A DNA stretch of 64,000 nt from Gemmatimonadota bacterium (GCA_036679605.1 JAZDCZ010000254.1:128001-192000), one strand, 5' to 3'. Shown: positions 20,583-32,674, counted from the first letter of the stretch. The notes: generated by a model not told the origin, from the letters alone. A program made the numbers and translations.

Positions 20583-21836
20583 ATGGTTAATATCGCCTAC
20601 CGATGCGCCGCCCGCGTTCTTCACCGTGTGCCGCTCCCAAGCAGCAAGCTGGCAACCAGCATCGCCGGACGTAAACAGGCGAGTCTACGGTGGCGCGAAT
20701 GGGCTGCAAAGCACCGTACGGACGAACCCTTGGTTTGGGTTCACGCAGCTTCAGTCGGCGAGAGCTTGAGCGCTGACCCTGTGCTTCGGCGTCTCAAGCA
20801 AGTTCATCCAGAATTCCAGATCGTGCACACATACTCGTCTCCCTCCGTGGCCGAGTGGCCCGGAGAGCTGTGTGCCGACCGGTCCGACTACGTGCCGTTG
20901 GACGAGCCTGGCGTCACGGCGAATACGCTCGACGCATTGAGGCCGGCGCTGATGGTGTACTCACGCGGCGATCTCTGGCCCGAACTCACGGTCCAGGCGG
21001 CCGCCAGAGCGGTTCCCATCGCAGTGATTGCCGGTGAGGTACGAGGAGACAGTCGTCGTCTGTCATGGCGGTCGAGCAGTGTGATCCGACGGCCTCTTGA
21101 ACGCGTCAATTGGCTGGGTGCAGTGTCTGAGGTTGATGCTAGCCGTTGGAAGACCATGGGAGTCGCGGAAGATTCGATAAGCATTTCCGGCGATACCAGA
21201 CACGACCAGGTCATCGAGCGCATTGCCTGCCTAGCTCCGCTTGCACGACTCATGGATGGCAGACCAACATTGGTGGCTGGTAGCACGGACTCTCGAGATA
21301 CCGGCGTGTTACTTGACGCTCTCCAAGAACTGCTGCGACATACTCCGTCGCTCCGTTTGCTGATGGCTCCGCATCGACTGGAGCCGCGTATCGTGCAGCG
21401 AACGTTGACTCAGGCTCGAAAGCTCGGCGTTACGTCTGGTGAATGGCAAGTTGATGATGAGGCACCTAGATCCAGCTTGGTAATCATCACGTCGTACGGA
21501 CTGCTGGCAGATCTCTACTCGCTGGCCGACGTGGCCTATGCTGGGGGCGGGTTCCGAAAGAAGGGACTGCACAACGTTTTGGAACCTGCTGCATTCGGCG
21601 TTCCTGTCATCGTGGGACCCGAGTACAGACATTATCGCGACGCCGAAATGCTGGTCAGTGCCGGGGGAGCGACCTCGCTACCGCGGCAGTCGCCGACTCA
21701 GCACCTCGTGAAGCAATTGCAAAATTGGATAGAAGATCCATCACGGCGCACTGCGGCAGGGCTCGCCGCGCGAGGTACGTTGGAGGAAGGTGCGGCTGAA
21801 ACTACGGCGCGGGCGTTGCTGGCGCTCATCGAGTAG
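20583..21836 (+). CDS. waaA: Kdo transferase (GT30)
   Basis: WVHAASVGE, GDTRHD, AGST, HNVLEPAAFGVPVIVGP. Confidence 0.85.
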   Translation: MVNIAYRCAARVLHRVPLPSSKLATSIAGRKQASLRWREWAAKHRTDEPLVWVHAASVGESLSADPVLRRLKQVHPEFQIVHTYSSPSVAEWPGELCADRSDYVPLDEPGVTANTLDALRPALMVYSRGDLWPELTVQAAARAVPIAVIAGEVRGDSRRLSWRSSSVIRRPLERVNWLGAVSEVDASRWKTMGVAEDSISISGDTRHDQVIERIACLAPLARLMDGRPTLVAGSTDSRDTGVLLDALQELLRHTPSLRLLMAPHRLEPRIVQRTLTQARKLGVTSGEWQVDDEAPRSSLVIITSYGLLADLYSLADVAYAGGGFRKKGLHNVLEPAAFGVPVIVGPEYRHYRDAEMLVSAGGATSLPRQSPTQHLVKQLQNWIEDPSRRTAAGLAARGTLEEGAAETTARALLALIE

Positions 21837-21864
21837 GTGACTGTTGGGAACAGTGATGGGTGAA

Positions 21865-21930
21865 TGGGGAGTTGGGAGTGGGGAGTGGGACGTGTCACTC
21901 CCTACTCCCAACTCCCCACTCCCTAGTCCC
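21865..21930. repeat. Heptamer-repeat inverted element (NGGGAGT)n / (NACTCCC)n; possible bidirectional terminator
   Basis: 21865-21886 pairs with 21897-21918 with one G-U pair; lies between convergent genes. Confidence 0.75.
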
Positions 21931-21937
21931 CTATAAC

Positions 21938-22675
21938 TCAGAGCACCCCGCCCGGAATCCCCAGGCTCGGCACGTTGAACTTGTAGTGAATTCCAAAACC
22001 GAAGACGACTGGCGACTCGCTCATTCCCAACACATTATCTATCGTCATCCAGTCTACTGCAGCGTGGAACCCCAGGCCCATGGGTAGGCCGAGATTAACG
22101 CCCCCCGAGACACCAAATCCGGTCTTTGTTTCATCGAAGTTAGTGCCCACCCCCGTGCTGCGAACATTGCGAATGTGAATGCGAGGGGCGATCCATGGCT
22201 CGAACGACACACTGGGGTTGGGAACGTTGATCCCTAAACCCACGCCGATCGGTACATCCAGTATCTTGAATTCTGGGAACGCTCCCACCGCATCAAACTT
22301 TACATACCCAACACCGGCCTGCAGATCGACCACGACCGGCGTCATCGGGGCCTTGAAAAGCGTAAGCGCAAGGTTTCCTCCCAACGCGACTTCCGTATCG
22401 AGCGGGCCCTTGGGATCCACAATGCTTATGCCAGCCGTAATCGTGACCACCGGCAGCCCAAGTGTTATGTGGCCGCCATAAGCCACCGGTGTCTCACCAG
22501 CCACCAGTTTGGCATCATCGTTGGCGCCGATACCAATATCGGCCCCAAGAGTGACTCCGGTTCCGTGACCTGGGTTATGGTACACGGGCTGGTTGAAGAT
22601 CTGTGCAGATGCAGAGGCCACTGACACTGCAAACGCCATCGACACAACGAAAAAAACGGCGACTACTCTTTTCAT
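21938..22675 (-). CDS. Hypothetical outer-membrane beta-barrel protein
   Basis: Signal peptide ASA-Q; Gly/aromatic amphipathic strands. Confidence 0.65.
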   Translation of the reverse strand: MKRVVAVFFVVSMAFAVSVASASAQIFNQPVYHNPGHGTGVTLGADIGIGANDDAKLVAGETPVAYGGHITLGLPVVTITAGISIVDPKGPLDTEVALGGNLALTLFKAPMTPVVVDLQAGVGYVKFDAVGAFPEFKILDVPIGVGLGINVPNPSVSFEPWIAPRIHIRNVRSTGVGTNFDETKTGFGVSGGVNLGLPMGLGFHAAVDWMTIDNVLGMSESPVVFGFGIHYKFNVPSLGIPGGVL

Positions 22676-22749
22676 GACAAACTCCTTGGTTGAATGCTCC
22701 CTTTGCGCTTTGTGGGAACGGCTCGCAAATGAAGTTTCACTGCAACTGG

Positions 22750-23397
22750 CTACCGGATCCAGACGGCACTCACCGATATGCCCTGAACGTCGCCCAGACC
22801 AAGACTCAGGCGGGCACCGAACCTCGTGCTGAGTTGAACATCCGCACCAAACCCAAGCGCGATCGCCACGTCGAGGTCCTGACCGTCGCCTGCCGTGAGA
22901 AAGACTGTAGGCTGAGCAAAGGGCACTATACTCACGATCGATTCTTCTGCGTTGAACCTTCGCCCCACCGAAAGCCCGACAGGTACAACGAGTGTCGTAA
23001 AGTTCGAGACAAACTGCCCTCCGATGCCTGCTATCAAAGCACCGTCGAGCGGGAACTCCTCCGAACGCGTCAAAACCTGTTTTCGAACTGAGACACCTGT
23101 AAGGAAAACTACATCGCCCGGCCGGTCTCGATCAAACACTCCTCCACGTATCTCCACATCCAGTTCCTTGGTGGCGAATCCATAATGACCCTCTAGAGCC
23201 ACCCCATCGCCCCCGATCGGCCCACCTCCCTTATCGGGAAAACTCAGGGTTCCGCCAAATTCGTAGCGGGTGAACGATCTATATGGAGATGTAAAGGTCG
23301 GCAGGCCCGTGGATTGCGCGACCGAGTGAGACGCGGCAGCAAAGACGAGCACAATTGTAATGACGGCAGATCTATGATCCACTCGTCTCCTCCGCAT
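22750..23397 (-). CDS. Hypothetical outer-membrane beta-barrel protein
   Basis: Signal peptide; beta-strand pattern ending SAVWIR; overlaps atpC 3' end. Confidence 0.65.
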   Translation of the reverse strand: MRRRRVDHRSAVITIVLVFAAASHSVAQSTGLPTFTSPYRSFTRYEFGGTLSFPDKGGGPIGGDGVALEGHYGFATKELDVEIRGGVFDRDRPGDVVFLTGVSVRKQVLTRSEEFPLDGALIAGIGGQFVSNFTTLVVPVGLSVGRRFNAEESIVSIVPFAQPTVFLTAGDGQDLDVAIALGFGADVQLSTRFGARLSLGLGDVQGISVSAVWIR

Positions 23398-23628
23398 GTT
23401 CGGCGATCACGCTCACAACGTCGTCAAGAACTTGCAAAAAACCGCCCCTGACGTCGAAAGTCCTAGCCGAAGTACCCTCGCTCACACGGAGCGTTCCGTC
23501 ACCCAACAGCGTCATAAACGGCGCGTGCCGTGGCAATATGCCTACCTCACCGTCATATGCCGGAGCGACAACGGCAGTGGCGTCGCCGTCGAAAACAGAT
23601 TTCTCGGGCGAGATGATCGTGACATGCA

Positions 23629-23629
<1 letters not shown>
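23372..23629 (-). CDS. atpC: ATP synthase F1 epsilon (short form, beta-sandwich only)
   Basis: IISPEK, GEVGILPRHAP, GGFLQV. Confidence 0.93.
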
Positions 23630-25056
<1,427 letters not shown>

Positions 25057-25959
25057 TCATCCTGAAAGAGCCTCGGCTCCTCCGACTATTTCGGCCAATT
25101 CTTGCGTGATCTGTGCCTGCCGTGCCCGATTGTAGCTGCGGCGCAACCGGTCCAAGATATCTCCGGCGTTGTCCGTTGCGTTCTTCATCGCTGTCCGCCG
25201 AGCACCCTGTTCCGACGCGGCCGTCTCAACTAGCGCACGGTAGAAAGCGTTTCGGACATACAGCGGAAGCACCGCACCAACGATCTCCTCCGCAGACGGG
25301 CGTAAGATATAGTTGGCAGTTCCACTAGCTGAATCTTCGACGGTCGGTTGATCTTCGCCTTCCCATTCACCGGGGGACTTGATCGGGAGAATCGGCATGA
25401 GTCTTGGCGGCGTTGACAGCGGAGTAATGAATTTCGCAAACACCACCTCCACGCCGTCCAGCTCTCCCTTGGCGAATGACTCGATGAGAGGTTCCATGAT
25501 CTCCACCGCATGGCTCGCGGACGGCCGATCGCCAACATCGTCCCTCGCAGACGCCAACTGCCGACCGATATACCTGAAGTATTGGATGCCTTTGCGACCT
25601 ACCCCGTGGAGGTCCACCTCAGTTCCCCGCTCCTCCAACTCAGCGACACGGGCCTTGGCCTCTCTGATCAAATTTCCATTGAATGCACCGCACAGTCCAC
25701 GATTGCTCGTAATCAGGATCAGCGCGACCCGAGACTGGCCGCCCTTCGGCTGGCGTAACAGAGCGAAGCGGTCAACCAATTCAGGCGAATAGAGATTTGA
25801 GATTACCGAACGCAATGCTTCGGCATACGGCCGCGCCGCCACCACCCTGTCTCGAGCCCGCTTCAGTCGCGACGTGGCGATCATCTCCATCGTGCGGGTG
25901 ATCTGACTGGTGTTCTCTACCGACTTTATGCGGCGGCGCAGCTCACGAGGTTTGGCCAT
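25057..25959 (-). CDS. atpG: ATP synthase F1 gamma
   Basis: RGLCGAFN, AMKNATDNA, NRARQAQITQEL. Confidence 0.97.
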   Translation of the reverse strand: MAKPRELRRRIKSVENTSQITRTMEMIATSRLKRARDRVVAARPYAEALRSVISNLYSPELVDRFALLRQPKGGQSRVALILITSNRGLCGAFNGNLIREAKARVAELEERGTEVDLHGVGRKGIQYFRYIGRQLASARDDVGDRPSASHAVEIMEPLIESFAKGELDGVEVVFAKFITPLSTPPRLMPILPIKSPGEWEGEDQPTVEDSASGTANYILRPSAEEIVGAVLPLYVRNAFYRALVETAASEQGARRTAMKNATDNAGDILDRLRRSYNRARQAQITQELAEIVGGAEALSG

Positions 25960-25968
25960 ATCTCGCCG

Positions 25969-27504
25969 TTACCTCATCGCCGCGTAATCTTCGATCGCCT
26001 TTCGAAGCCGCCCTTCTAAGTCGTCATCCAACTGCCTCTTGGTACGAATGTCGTTGAGCACGTCCTCGTGCTTCGCATTGAGATACTGGTAGAGTTCCTC
26101 TTCCCATGTGGGCACCTCACCGACGTCCACCTCGTCAAGGAAACCGTTCGTCACGGCAAAAATGATCGTAATCTGATTTTCTACGGACTCGGGTGAGTAC
26201 TGCAGCTGCTTCAAAACTTCCACGATGCGAGATCCCCTGGCGAGTTGGCGCTGGGTTGCCTCATCCAAGTCCGAGCCAAACTGTGCGAACGCCTCGAGTT
26301 CACGATACTGCGCGTACTCCAGACGCAACCGGCCGGCCACCTGCTTCATCGCCTTGATCTGGGCGTTGCCCCCAACACGGGAAACAGAAATACCGGGGTT
26401 GATTGCCGGTCGAATATTTGAGTAGAACAGGTCGGTTTCCAGAAAAATCTGGCCGTCTGTTATCGAGATTACGTTGGTCGGGATGTAGGCCGATACATCA
26501 CCCGCTTGAGTTTCGATGATAGGGAGAGCGGTCAACGAGCCGCCTCCCTCGGCGTCCGACAATTTCGCTGCACGTTCCAGCAGACGCGAGTGCAGATAGA
26601 AAACATCGCCCGGATAGGCCTCGCGCCCCGGAGGCCGCCGCAACACCAGTGACATCTGCCGGTACGCCTGAGCATGTTTTGACAGATCGTCGTAAACGCA
26701 GAGTGTGGACCCACCCTCACCGTACATGAAGTACTCGGCCATGGCACAACCGGCGTAGGGAGCAATGAACTGCATGGGAGCCGGATCTGAAGCGCTGGCC
26801 ACCACCGCAATCGTGTAGTCCATGGCTCCGTGTTCCTTGAGCCGCTCCACCACCGCCGCCACAGTAGAGTTCTTCTGGCCGATCGCCACGTAGACGCAGA
26901 TGACCTTCTCTCTCTTCTGGTTGATGATGGTATCTACCGCGATCGCGGTCTTGCCCGTGCCACGGTCGCCGATGATGAGTTCGCGCTGGCCTCTTCCGAT
27001 CGGAATCATGGAGTCCACGGCCTTGATCCCAGTCTGGAGCGGCTCCTTCACCGGCTGCCGCGCGATGATTCCCGGCGCCTGGGATTCGAGCTTCCTGAAC
27101 TGGTCGGTCTTTACCGGTCCCAGGCCATCGATCGGGTTGCCCAGAGGATCGACCACCCGCCCAACCATGGCTGGGCCGACCGGCACCTCGAGTACGCGGG
27201 CCGTGCGCCGCACTTCATCGCCTTCGCGCAACTGAAGAAAATCGCCCAACACGACGGCGCCCAGATTGTCCTCCTCCAGATTGAGCGCCAAGCCAGTGAT
27301 GGTATTTCCGGTTTCGGAGACGGAGAACTCCAACATCTCTCCGGCCATTGCCGAGCCCAACCCATAGATGCGGGCTATGCCATCTTTAACCTCGAGCACC
27401 GTGCCGACTTCCTGGGTGTCGAGCGCCTTGAGATCGGCAGCTTCTATCTCTTTGAGGAGAACATCTTTCAGTTCACCGGGCCGGAGGATCGAATCTGTAG
27501 TCAT
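25969..27504 (-). CDS. atpA: ATP synthase F1 alpha
   Basis: [39 protein letters not shown]. Confidence 0.98.
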   Translation of the reverse strand: MTTDSILRPGELKDVLLKEIEAADLKALDTQEVGTVLEVKDGIARIYGLGSAMAGEMLEFSVSETGNTITGLALNLEEDNLGAVVLGDFLQLREGDEVRRTARVLEVPVGPAMVGRVVDPLGNPIDGLGPVKTDQFRKLESQAPGIIARQPVKEPLQTGIKAVDSMIPIGRGQRELIIGDRGTGKTAIAVDTIINQKREKVICVYVAIGQKNSTVAAVVERLKEHGAMDYTIAVVASASDPAPMQFIAPYAGCAMAEYFMYGEGGSTLCVYDDLSKHAQAYRQMSLVLRRPPGREAYPGDVFYLHSRLLERAAKLSDAEGGGSLTALPIIETQAGDVSAYIPTNVISITDGQIFLETDLFYSNIRPAINPGISVSRVGGNAQIKAMKQVAGRLRLEYAQYRELEAFAQFGSDLDEATQRQLARGSRIVEVLKQLQYSPESVENQITIIFAVTNGFLDEVDVGEVPTWEEELYQYLNAKHEDVLNDIRTKRQLDDDLEGRLRKAIEDYAAMR

Positions 27505-27555
27505 GGACGACGCCGCAGTTCCTTGCTGAACATGTGAATTATGATTACCAAAAGG

Positions 27556-27573
27556 TTGTGAAAAATATCACAA
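27556..27573. promoter_or_regulatory. Rex-like operator upstream of atpA
   Basis: TTGTGAAAAATATCACAA, one mismatch to TTGTGAANNNNTTCACAA. Confidence 0.65.
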
Positions 27574-27627
27574 AGAGCGCACCCGGCAACCCGCAACCGT
27601 CTATTGCGCTCATCCCCATCTGACCCG

Positions 27628-28395
27628 CTAGACTCTCGACCTAGTTCTACCTCTAGTGAATCGGCGCAACACACCACCTGGCCCCAACTCCGCCAGGATC
27701 CGTGGAGTCACGCCCGCCACCCGTCGTGCAGTCCCAGCCAGGTGGCTGGCGGAGGACAGGCCGAGGATCGAAGCGACCGTGCCGACGGTGTAACCGGGGT
27801 TCCGCAGCAAATCGGCCGCCCATACCGCACACACCAGGTCGATTACTCGCTTGAGGTTGGGTGCGCCACCGGCCCCGAACTCACGAGACAAATGCTCGCG
27901 AGTTCTGTTCAGACTTTCCGCCACATCCGCCGTTCGGGTTGGGGTTCCGACACGATCCAGCACGACATGCCACGCATCCATCTGTAGCGGCTCGCTCAGT
28001 CTAAACAACCTCGGCGCTTCCCTAAGCGCCTCCCTCCTCACGCTACTCGCTGACCGTGCCGAGATGATCTCTCCCGCCGCCGCGTCATCGACGCCCTGTA
28101 CTATGATGCCCCTTACCCCCATTTCCAAACACGCCACCAGGAGTCGCCCGTCGTCCGGCCGAAAGGGACTCATCGCGAACACTGGAATGCCCGGATACTT
28201 GCCGGCAAGCAACGAGAGCAGATCGACGCCATGGGTGCGTACGTCAATCACCACGGCATCGACCAGTTCACTCTGCAACAGCGATTCGATGCGGCCCGGA
28301 CTGCGGCACAGCCTGACCCTAACTCCGCGCGGCAATCCCCTCCTTATCGCTGTGCGTAGGGCAGCATCGCGGTGCATCACCGAAACGACAGCCAA
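27628..28395 (-). CDS. Receiver-like plus AraC-type HTH regulator
   Basis: DAVVID receiver-like N-terminus; REHLSREF and VASILGLSSASHL helices. Confidence 0.75.
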   Translation of the reverse strand: MAVVSVMHRDAALRTAIRRGLPRGVRVRLCRSPGRIESLLQSELVDAVVIDVRTHGVDLLSLLAGKYPGIPVFAMSPFRPDDGRLLVACLEMGVRGIIVQGVDDAAAGEIISARSASSVRREALREAPRLFRLSEPLQMDAWHVVLDRVGTPTRTADVAESLNRTREHLSREFGAGGAPNLKRVIDLVCAVWAADLLRNPGYTVGTVASILGLSSASHLAGTARRVAGVTPRILAELGPGGVLRRFTRGRTRSRV

Positions 28396-28403
28396 ATTAT
28401 CTC

Positions 28404-28865
28404 TCAGTCGGGGGAACCCGCCTCGGAGTAGCGTTTGGAAACTTCTTCACCTGCTTTTTCAAGAATCTTTCTGGCATTGTCGTACGAGATGTTCTTGACG
28501 GCATCGGGATATGCGTACCACCGGCAAGCGGTTATCCCCTCTTCCAACTGCGGCACTGCCGGACCCGAGGGCGACTCAAACAAGAAAAAGTGACAATACT
28601 TATGGATCAACTGACCACGGAAACGAAAAAACCAGTCGATGACCCCCAGAGGACCGAGTGGGATCAACTCCGTAAGACCAGTTTCTTCTCCCGCCTCACG
28701 GAGTGCCGCTTCATCAGCACTCTCACCGGTATTCAAGTGACCCTTGGGGAAACCCCAGTTCTTGTAGGAATCATTTATCAACAGAAACTTGGGCCCCTCC
28801 GCAAAGCTCCGGAACACCACTCCGCCTGCGCTAGTCTCCTTCTTGGCTCGTGCCGATTCTCCCAT
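28404..28865 (-). CDS. NUDIX hydrolase (Ap4A hydrolase-like)
   Basis: SAGGVV, WGFPKGH..GES..AALREAGEETG Nudix box. Confidence 0.9.
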   Translation of the reverse strand: MGESARAKKETSAGGVVFRSFAEGPKFLLINDSYKNWGFPKGHLNTGESADEAALREAGEETGLTELIPLGPLGVIDWFFRFRGQLIHKYCHFFLFESPSGPAVPQLEEGITACRWYAYPDAVKNISYDNARKILEKAGEEVSKRYSEAGSPD

Positions 28866-29890
28866 TAGAAGACCGAGAATTTGAAGTACTTGCGCGGGTT
28901 CGCCTTGATGTCTGCAATCAGGTCACGCAACTGAACCACTGCGTTGGTGGATTCGATGTATAGAGTTGAATCTCCAAACAGGAGTCCCAACGTTCCCGTC
29001 ATGTTCTGGAGGCGTGTCATTATTGAATCGGCTCCCACCAGAACGCGAACGAAACTCGCCTGGTTATCCTGAGCCGCCGCTACCAGTGCGCGGACATTGC
29101 TGAGAGCAGCCTTCATTTCGGCCGATGACTCCTGGAGATTCGTTATAATAGAGTCCAGCTTGCCGTCGCTCGTAGCAGTATCCACGCGCAAGAGCGTCCG
29201 TTCCAACATGATAGCGGCGCTCTCAACGGCATTGGAGCTTTGGCGAATACTTGCAGTCACCTCTCCCAAAACTACCGTCTGCTGTTCGGTGAATCTCGTC
29301 AGAGTATCGGCTATGCGCCCAACATCCCGTATCGACCGCTGAACGTCCAGCACCGTCTGCGAATCGAACGCGGTCGTGATGCGGTTGGAGAACGTGGCTA
29401 TGTCGGTGGCGATGCGGCCTGCCTGCGCAGTCAGCTGGCCGATGTCCGGCAAAGTGGCGCCGGGCCAAACGTCACCTCCCTCCGCCGCAGCCGCCTCTAT
29501 ATCACGCACAACGGTCGGATCGTCCGGCAGATTATCCATGCTGACTATTTCGACCTGCCACTCTCCAAACAGGGAGGCCGACGCCGCTATTATGGCTGGG
29601 TCCTCCGGAATGAGCGACCTATTCACCCAGTCCTCGTAGATCTGCAGTTGGGCTTCCACCCACTCAGTACTCCCCTGGAGGATGTCGATCGATAGCACCC
29701 GCCCGACGCGTACGCCGCGGAGTACGACCGGGTTGTTCACGCCCAACCCACCGACCGTGCGAAACCGGACCGTCTGGATCAGACCCTTGGATCCGAGCTG
29801 CGTCTGCGACAGCCAAAGCCCACCCAGCGACACTACTGCAAGGGCAAAAAAGATCGTCGCACCAACAATCAATTCGTCGCGTCGTCTCAT
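28865..29890 (-). CDS. mlaD: MCE/MlaD family substrate-binding protein
   Basis: GL...NPVVLRGVRVGRV; C-terminal DIKANPRKYF. Confidence 0.88.
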   Translation of the reverse strand: MRRRDELIVGATIFFALAVVSLGGLWLSQTQLGSKGLIQTVRFRTVGGLGVNNPVVLRGVRVGRVLSIDILQGSTEWVEAQLQIYEDWVNRSLIPEDPAIIAASASLFGEWQVEIVSMDNLPDDPTVVRDIEAAAAEGGDVWPGATLPDIGQLTAQAGRIATDIATFSNRITTAFDSQTVLDVQRSIRDVGRIADTLTRFTEQQTVVLGEVTASIRQSSNAVESAAIMLERTLLRVDTATSDGKLDSIITNLQESSAEMKAALSNVRALVAAAQDNQASFVRVLVGADSIMTRLQNMTGTLGLLFGDSTLYIESTNAVVQLRDLIADIKANPRKYFKFSVF

Positions 29891-30654
29891 GAAACCACCT
29901 TGGTCGTAACGCCCTCGGCGTCATCCACCGCTTCGGGTCTTCCCTCGATGAACTGGCGAACGATTGGATCGTGGGTGCGCTTGATCTGATCCACTGTACC
30001 AACCTGGCGGATCGCACCCTTGTACAACATGGCGATCCGATCGCCCACCGTGTAGGCACTGCTCATGTCGTGGGTTACAACTATGCTCGTTGCACCAAGT
30101 TTCTCCTTGGTTCGCACGATCAACTCATTGATGACGGACGAGGTGACCGGATCCAAGCCCGACGTGGGCTCGTCGTAAAGAATGTAGCGTGGTTTCAGCG
30201 CGATCGAACGTGCAATGCCCACGCGTTTCCTCATGCCGCCCGACAGTTCGACCGGATATCGTTCGTCGGTCCCCTCCATGTCTACCAGCGCAAGAGACTC
30301 CCGCACCCTCTCGTCGATTTCGCGGCGGGCCACCTGTTGGCGTTTCAGTCCCAATTCAATATTTTGCCGCACAGTCATCGAGTCGAACAACGCAGCGAAC
30401 TGAAAGACGAACGCGACCTTCGATCTGAGCCGGAACAGCCCGTTGCGATCCAGCTCGTGAACGATCTCACCGTCGACCTCGACTTCGCCTGCATCGGGAT
30501 CGAGCAAACCGACTACGTGCTTCAGTGCAACGCTCTTGCCCGTGCCCGAGTAGCCGATCACGACCACCGTCTCTCCCTCCGGCACCTCCAAGGAGAATCC
30601 GTCGAGCACCTGCTTGGGCCCAAACTTCTTATAGACGCCGCGCAACGCTATCAC
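29887..30654 (-). CDS. mlaF: Mla ABC transporter ATPase
   Basis: GYSGTGKS, ALFDSM, LSGGMRKRV, YDEPTSGLDP. Confidence 0.9.
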   Translation of the reverse strand: MIALRGVYKKFGPKQVLDGFSLEVPEGETVVVIGYSGTGKSVALKHVVGLLDPDAGEVEVDGEIVHELDRNGLFRLRSKVAFVFQFAALFDSMTVRQNIELGLKRQQVARREIDERVRESLALVDMEGTDERYPVELSGGMRKRVGIARSIALKPRYILYDEPTSGLDPVTSSVINELIVRTKEKLGATSIVVTHDMSSAYTVGDRIAMLYKGAIRQVGTVDQIKRTHDPIVRQFIEGRPEAVDDAEGVTTKVVS

Positions 30655-30676
30655 GAAATCGGCAGCCCCATCCGAC

Positions 30677-31438
30677 TCACAGTAATACTACCGCCCAGAA
30701 CGCATCGAGCACGAGGATCATCTGCGCGGAAATGACCACCGACTGGGTAGTGCTGCGCCCTACACCCTCTGCGCCACCCGCCGTCTTGAGTCCCTTGAGG
30801 CAGCCAATCAGCGAGATCACCAGGCCAAACGACATGGCCTTCACCAATCCGAACCAGATATCCTTGAAGTGGTAGAACAACCTGAGGCCCTTGACGAAGT
30901 CGCCGGTCGAAAGATCGAGGAGGTTTACCGCTGTAATCAGGGCTGACACAACCCCAATAGCCATTGCGAGTGCTACGACTATCGGAAACATGATAGTCGC
31001 GGCCACAATGCGTGGAACCACGAGATATGAATACGGATCGTACGCAAGCGTTTCGAGCGCTTCGACCTGCTCGGTCACGCGCATCGTGCCGAGTTCTGCT
31101 GTGATGTTGGCCCCTACCCTTCCGGCCAGCGCGAGCCCGGTCAAAACTGGGGCGAGTTCCAGCATAATCGTCTTGCCGACAAGGGTTCCGACGAAATAGA
31201 GTGGGACCGCTCCAGTCAGGGTGTAGGAAGACTGCATCGCGAGCACGATTCCCATGAAGGCAGCGATGAAAAGCGCGATGGGCAACGATTGAACACCGAT
31301 CCGGCGCATCTGGACCACAGTGAGACTAGTCCAGATACTGACATCCCGTAGGCTCCTGACAATGTCATAGAGAGATCTGGCGAGACCGCCGATATTGAGA
31401 AGCCAGCGGGCAACCCGCTGGGACATGAGTTCATACAC
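30677..31438 (-). CDS. mlaE: Mla ABC transporter permease
   Basis: ELAPVL, GRVGA..AELGTMRVTEQ, GGAEGVG.STT. Confidence 0.92.
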   Translation of the reverse strand: MYELMSQRVARWLLNIGGLARSLYDIVRSLRDVSIWTSLTVVQMRRIGVQSLPIALFIAAFMGIVLAMQSSYTLTGAVPLYFVGTLVGKTIMLELAPVLTGLALAGRVGANITAELGTMRVTEQVEALETLAYDPYSYLVVPRIVAATIMFPIVVALAMAIGVVSALITAVNLLDLSTGDFVKGLRLFYHFKDIWFGLVKAMSFGLVISLIGCLKGLKTAGGAEGVGRSTTQSVVISAQMILVLDAFWAVVLL

Positions 31439-31514
31439 GAGGCGAATTTATCAGACACACGCGAAAGAGGCTAGTAGCCCAGGAACAGCGCCTGCGGGCG
31501 CGTAGGCGCATAAC

Positions 31515-31544
31515 AATAGGGGCAACGCATGCGTTGCCCCTATT
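31515..31544. repeat. Perfect 30-bp palindrome, REP-like
   Basis: AATAGGGGCAACGCATGCGTTGCCCCTATT. Confidence 0.8.
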
Positions 31545-31569
31545 CTACCTTACGCGTACCTACTCAGAT

Positions 31570-32475
31570 CTACGCTGCGAAGCTCGCCAGCGCCTTGCCT
31601 ACATCGCCTTCGCGTAGCCTCTTGAGGGCCCGATCTCGGAGCTGGCGTACTCGCTCTCTCGTTACACCGAGCATTCCACCAATCTCCTCCAGTGTGTGCT
31701 CGCGTCCGCCGTCCAGGCCGAAGTAGAGCCGTACGACCTTGGCGTCACGGGCCGGAAGCGTGGTGAGAGCGCCCTTGATCTCGTCGGTGAGAAAGCGCTC
31801 CATGGTGCGCTCTTCGGTGTCCGGAAGATCTTCGGCGATAAACCGCTCTATCAGAGCGCGGTCTCCATCGGGATCGAGCGGGGCGTCGAGCCTGACCTCT
31901 CCCGTATTGAGAGCGGCAAGAGACTGGACTACCTCGAGCGACAAAGTTGTGGCCTTGGAGATTTCCTCCGGCGTTGGTTCGCGGCGCAGTTCCTGCCTCA
32001 GAGCCTCTGCCGTCTTCACGATCTTGGAGAGATCGGCCGTCCGGTTGAGCGGTACACGTACCGTCCTGCCCTGTCGGGCCAGCGAAGCCAGGATCGCCTG
32101 CCTGATCCACCACACCGCATAAGAAATGAACTTGACCCCCTGATCGGGATCGAACTTGCGGGCAGCCGTGAGCAGCCCAACGTTGCCCTCGCCGATAAGG
32201 TCGGTGAGCGGCAAACCCCTGTTCTGGTATTTCTTTGCCACAGATATCACGAATCGGAGGTTCCGCTTCGCGAGCTCCTGCATCGCCGCCTGGTCGCCGG
32301 TCCGAACCTTCTTTGCCAACTCAATTTCCTCTGTAGGTGTGAGCAATGGAGTCTTGCTCACTTCAAATAGATATTGGTCTAGAAGATCGCGGTCGTCCTC
32401 GCTGACAGCGATAGCCGCAGTGCGACGGCGGCGCTTGGTCGTTTTACGCTTCTTTACTTCTTTTACTTGTTTCAT
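31570..32475 (-). CDS. RpoD/SigA-family sigma70 factor lacking region 1.1
   Basis: NLRFVISVAKKY, DLIGEGN.GL, YAVWWIRQ, TLEEIG, TRERVRQ. Confidence 0.93.
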   Translation of the reverse strand: MKQVKEVKKRKTTKRRRRTAAIAVSEDDRDLLDQYLFEVSKTPLLTPTEEIELAKKVRTGDQAAMQELAKRNLRFVISVAKKYQNRGLPLTDLIGEGNVGLLTAARKFDPDQGVKFISYAVWWIRQAILASLARQGRTVRVPLNRTADLSKIVKTAEALRQELRREPTPEEISKATTLSLEVVQSLAALNTGEVRLDAPLDPDGDRALIERFIAEDLPDTEERTMERFLTDEIKGALTTLPARDAKVVRLYFGLDGGREHTLEEIGGMLGVTRERVRQLRDRALKRLREGDVGKALASFAA

Positions 32476-32602
32476 GGCACCCCTATTATGCTCCGAATCG
32501 CTGCGGCCGCAAGGGTCGGCGTTTTCGGGTAAGTACATAGACTATTCGCACGTTCTGTTACCCCGAATGCCGCCCGAAGTTCGCTTGCTGTCAAGAGTTA
32601 GG

Positions 32603-32631
32603 TTGACACCCTCATAACGCTCAGCTAGCTT
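32603..32631 (+). promoter_or_regulatory. tRNA operon promoter
   Basis: TTGACA-17 bp-TAGCTT, about 45 bp upstream of tRNA-Ala. Confidence 0.7.
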
Positions 32632-32674
32632 TTTTTGTTCTGGTCGGACGGCACTCTGAGCGGCCTAATATAAT

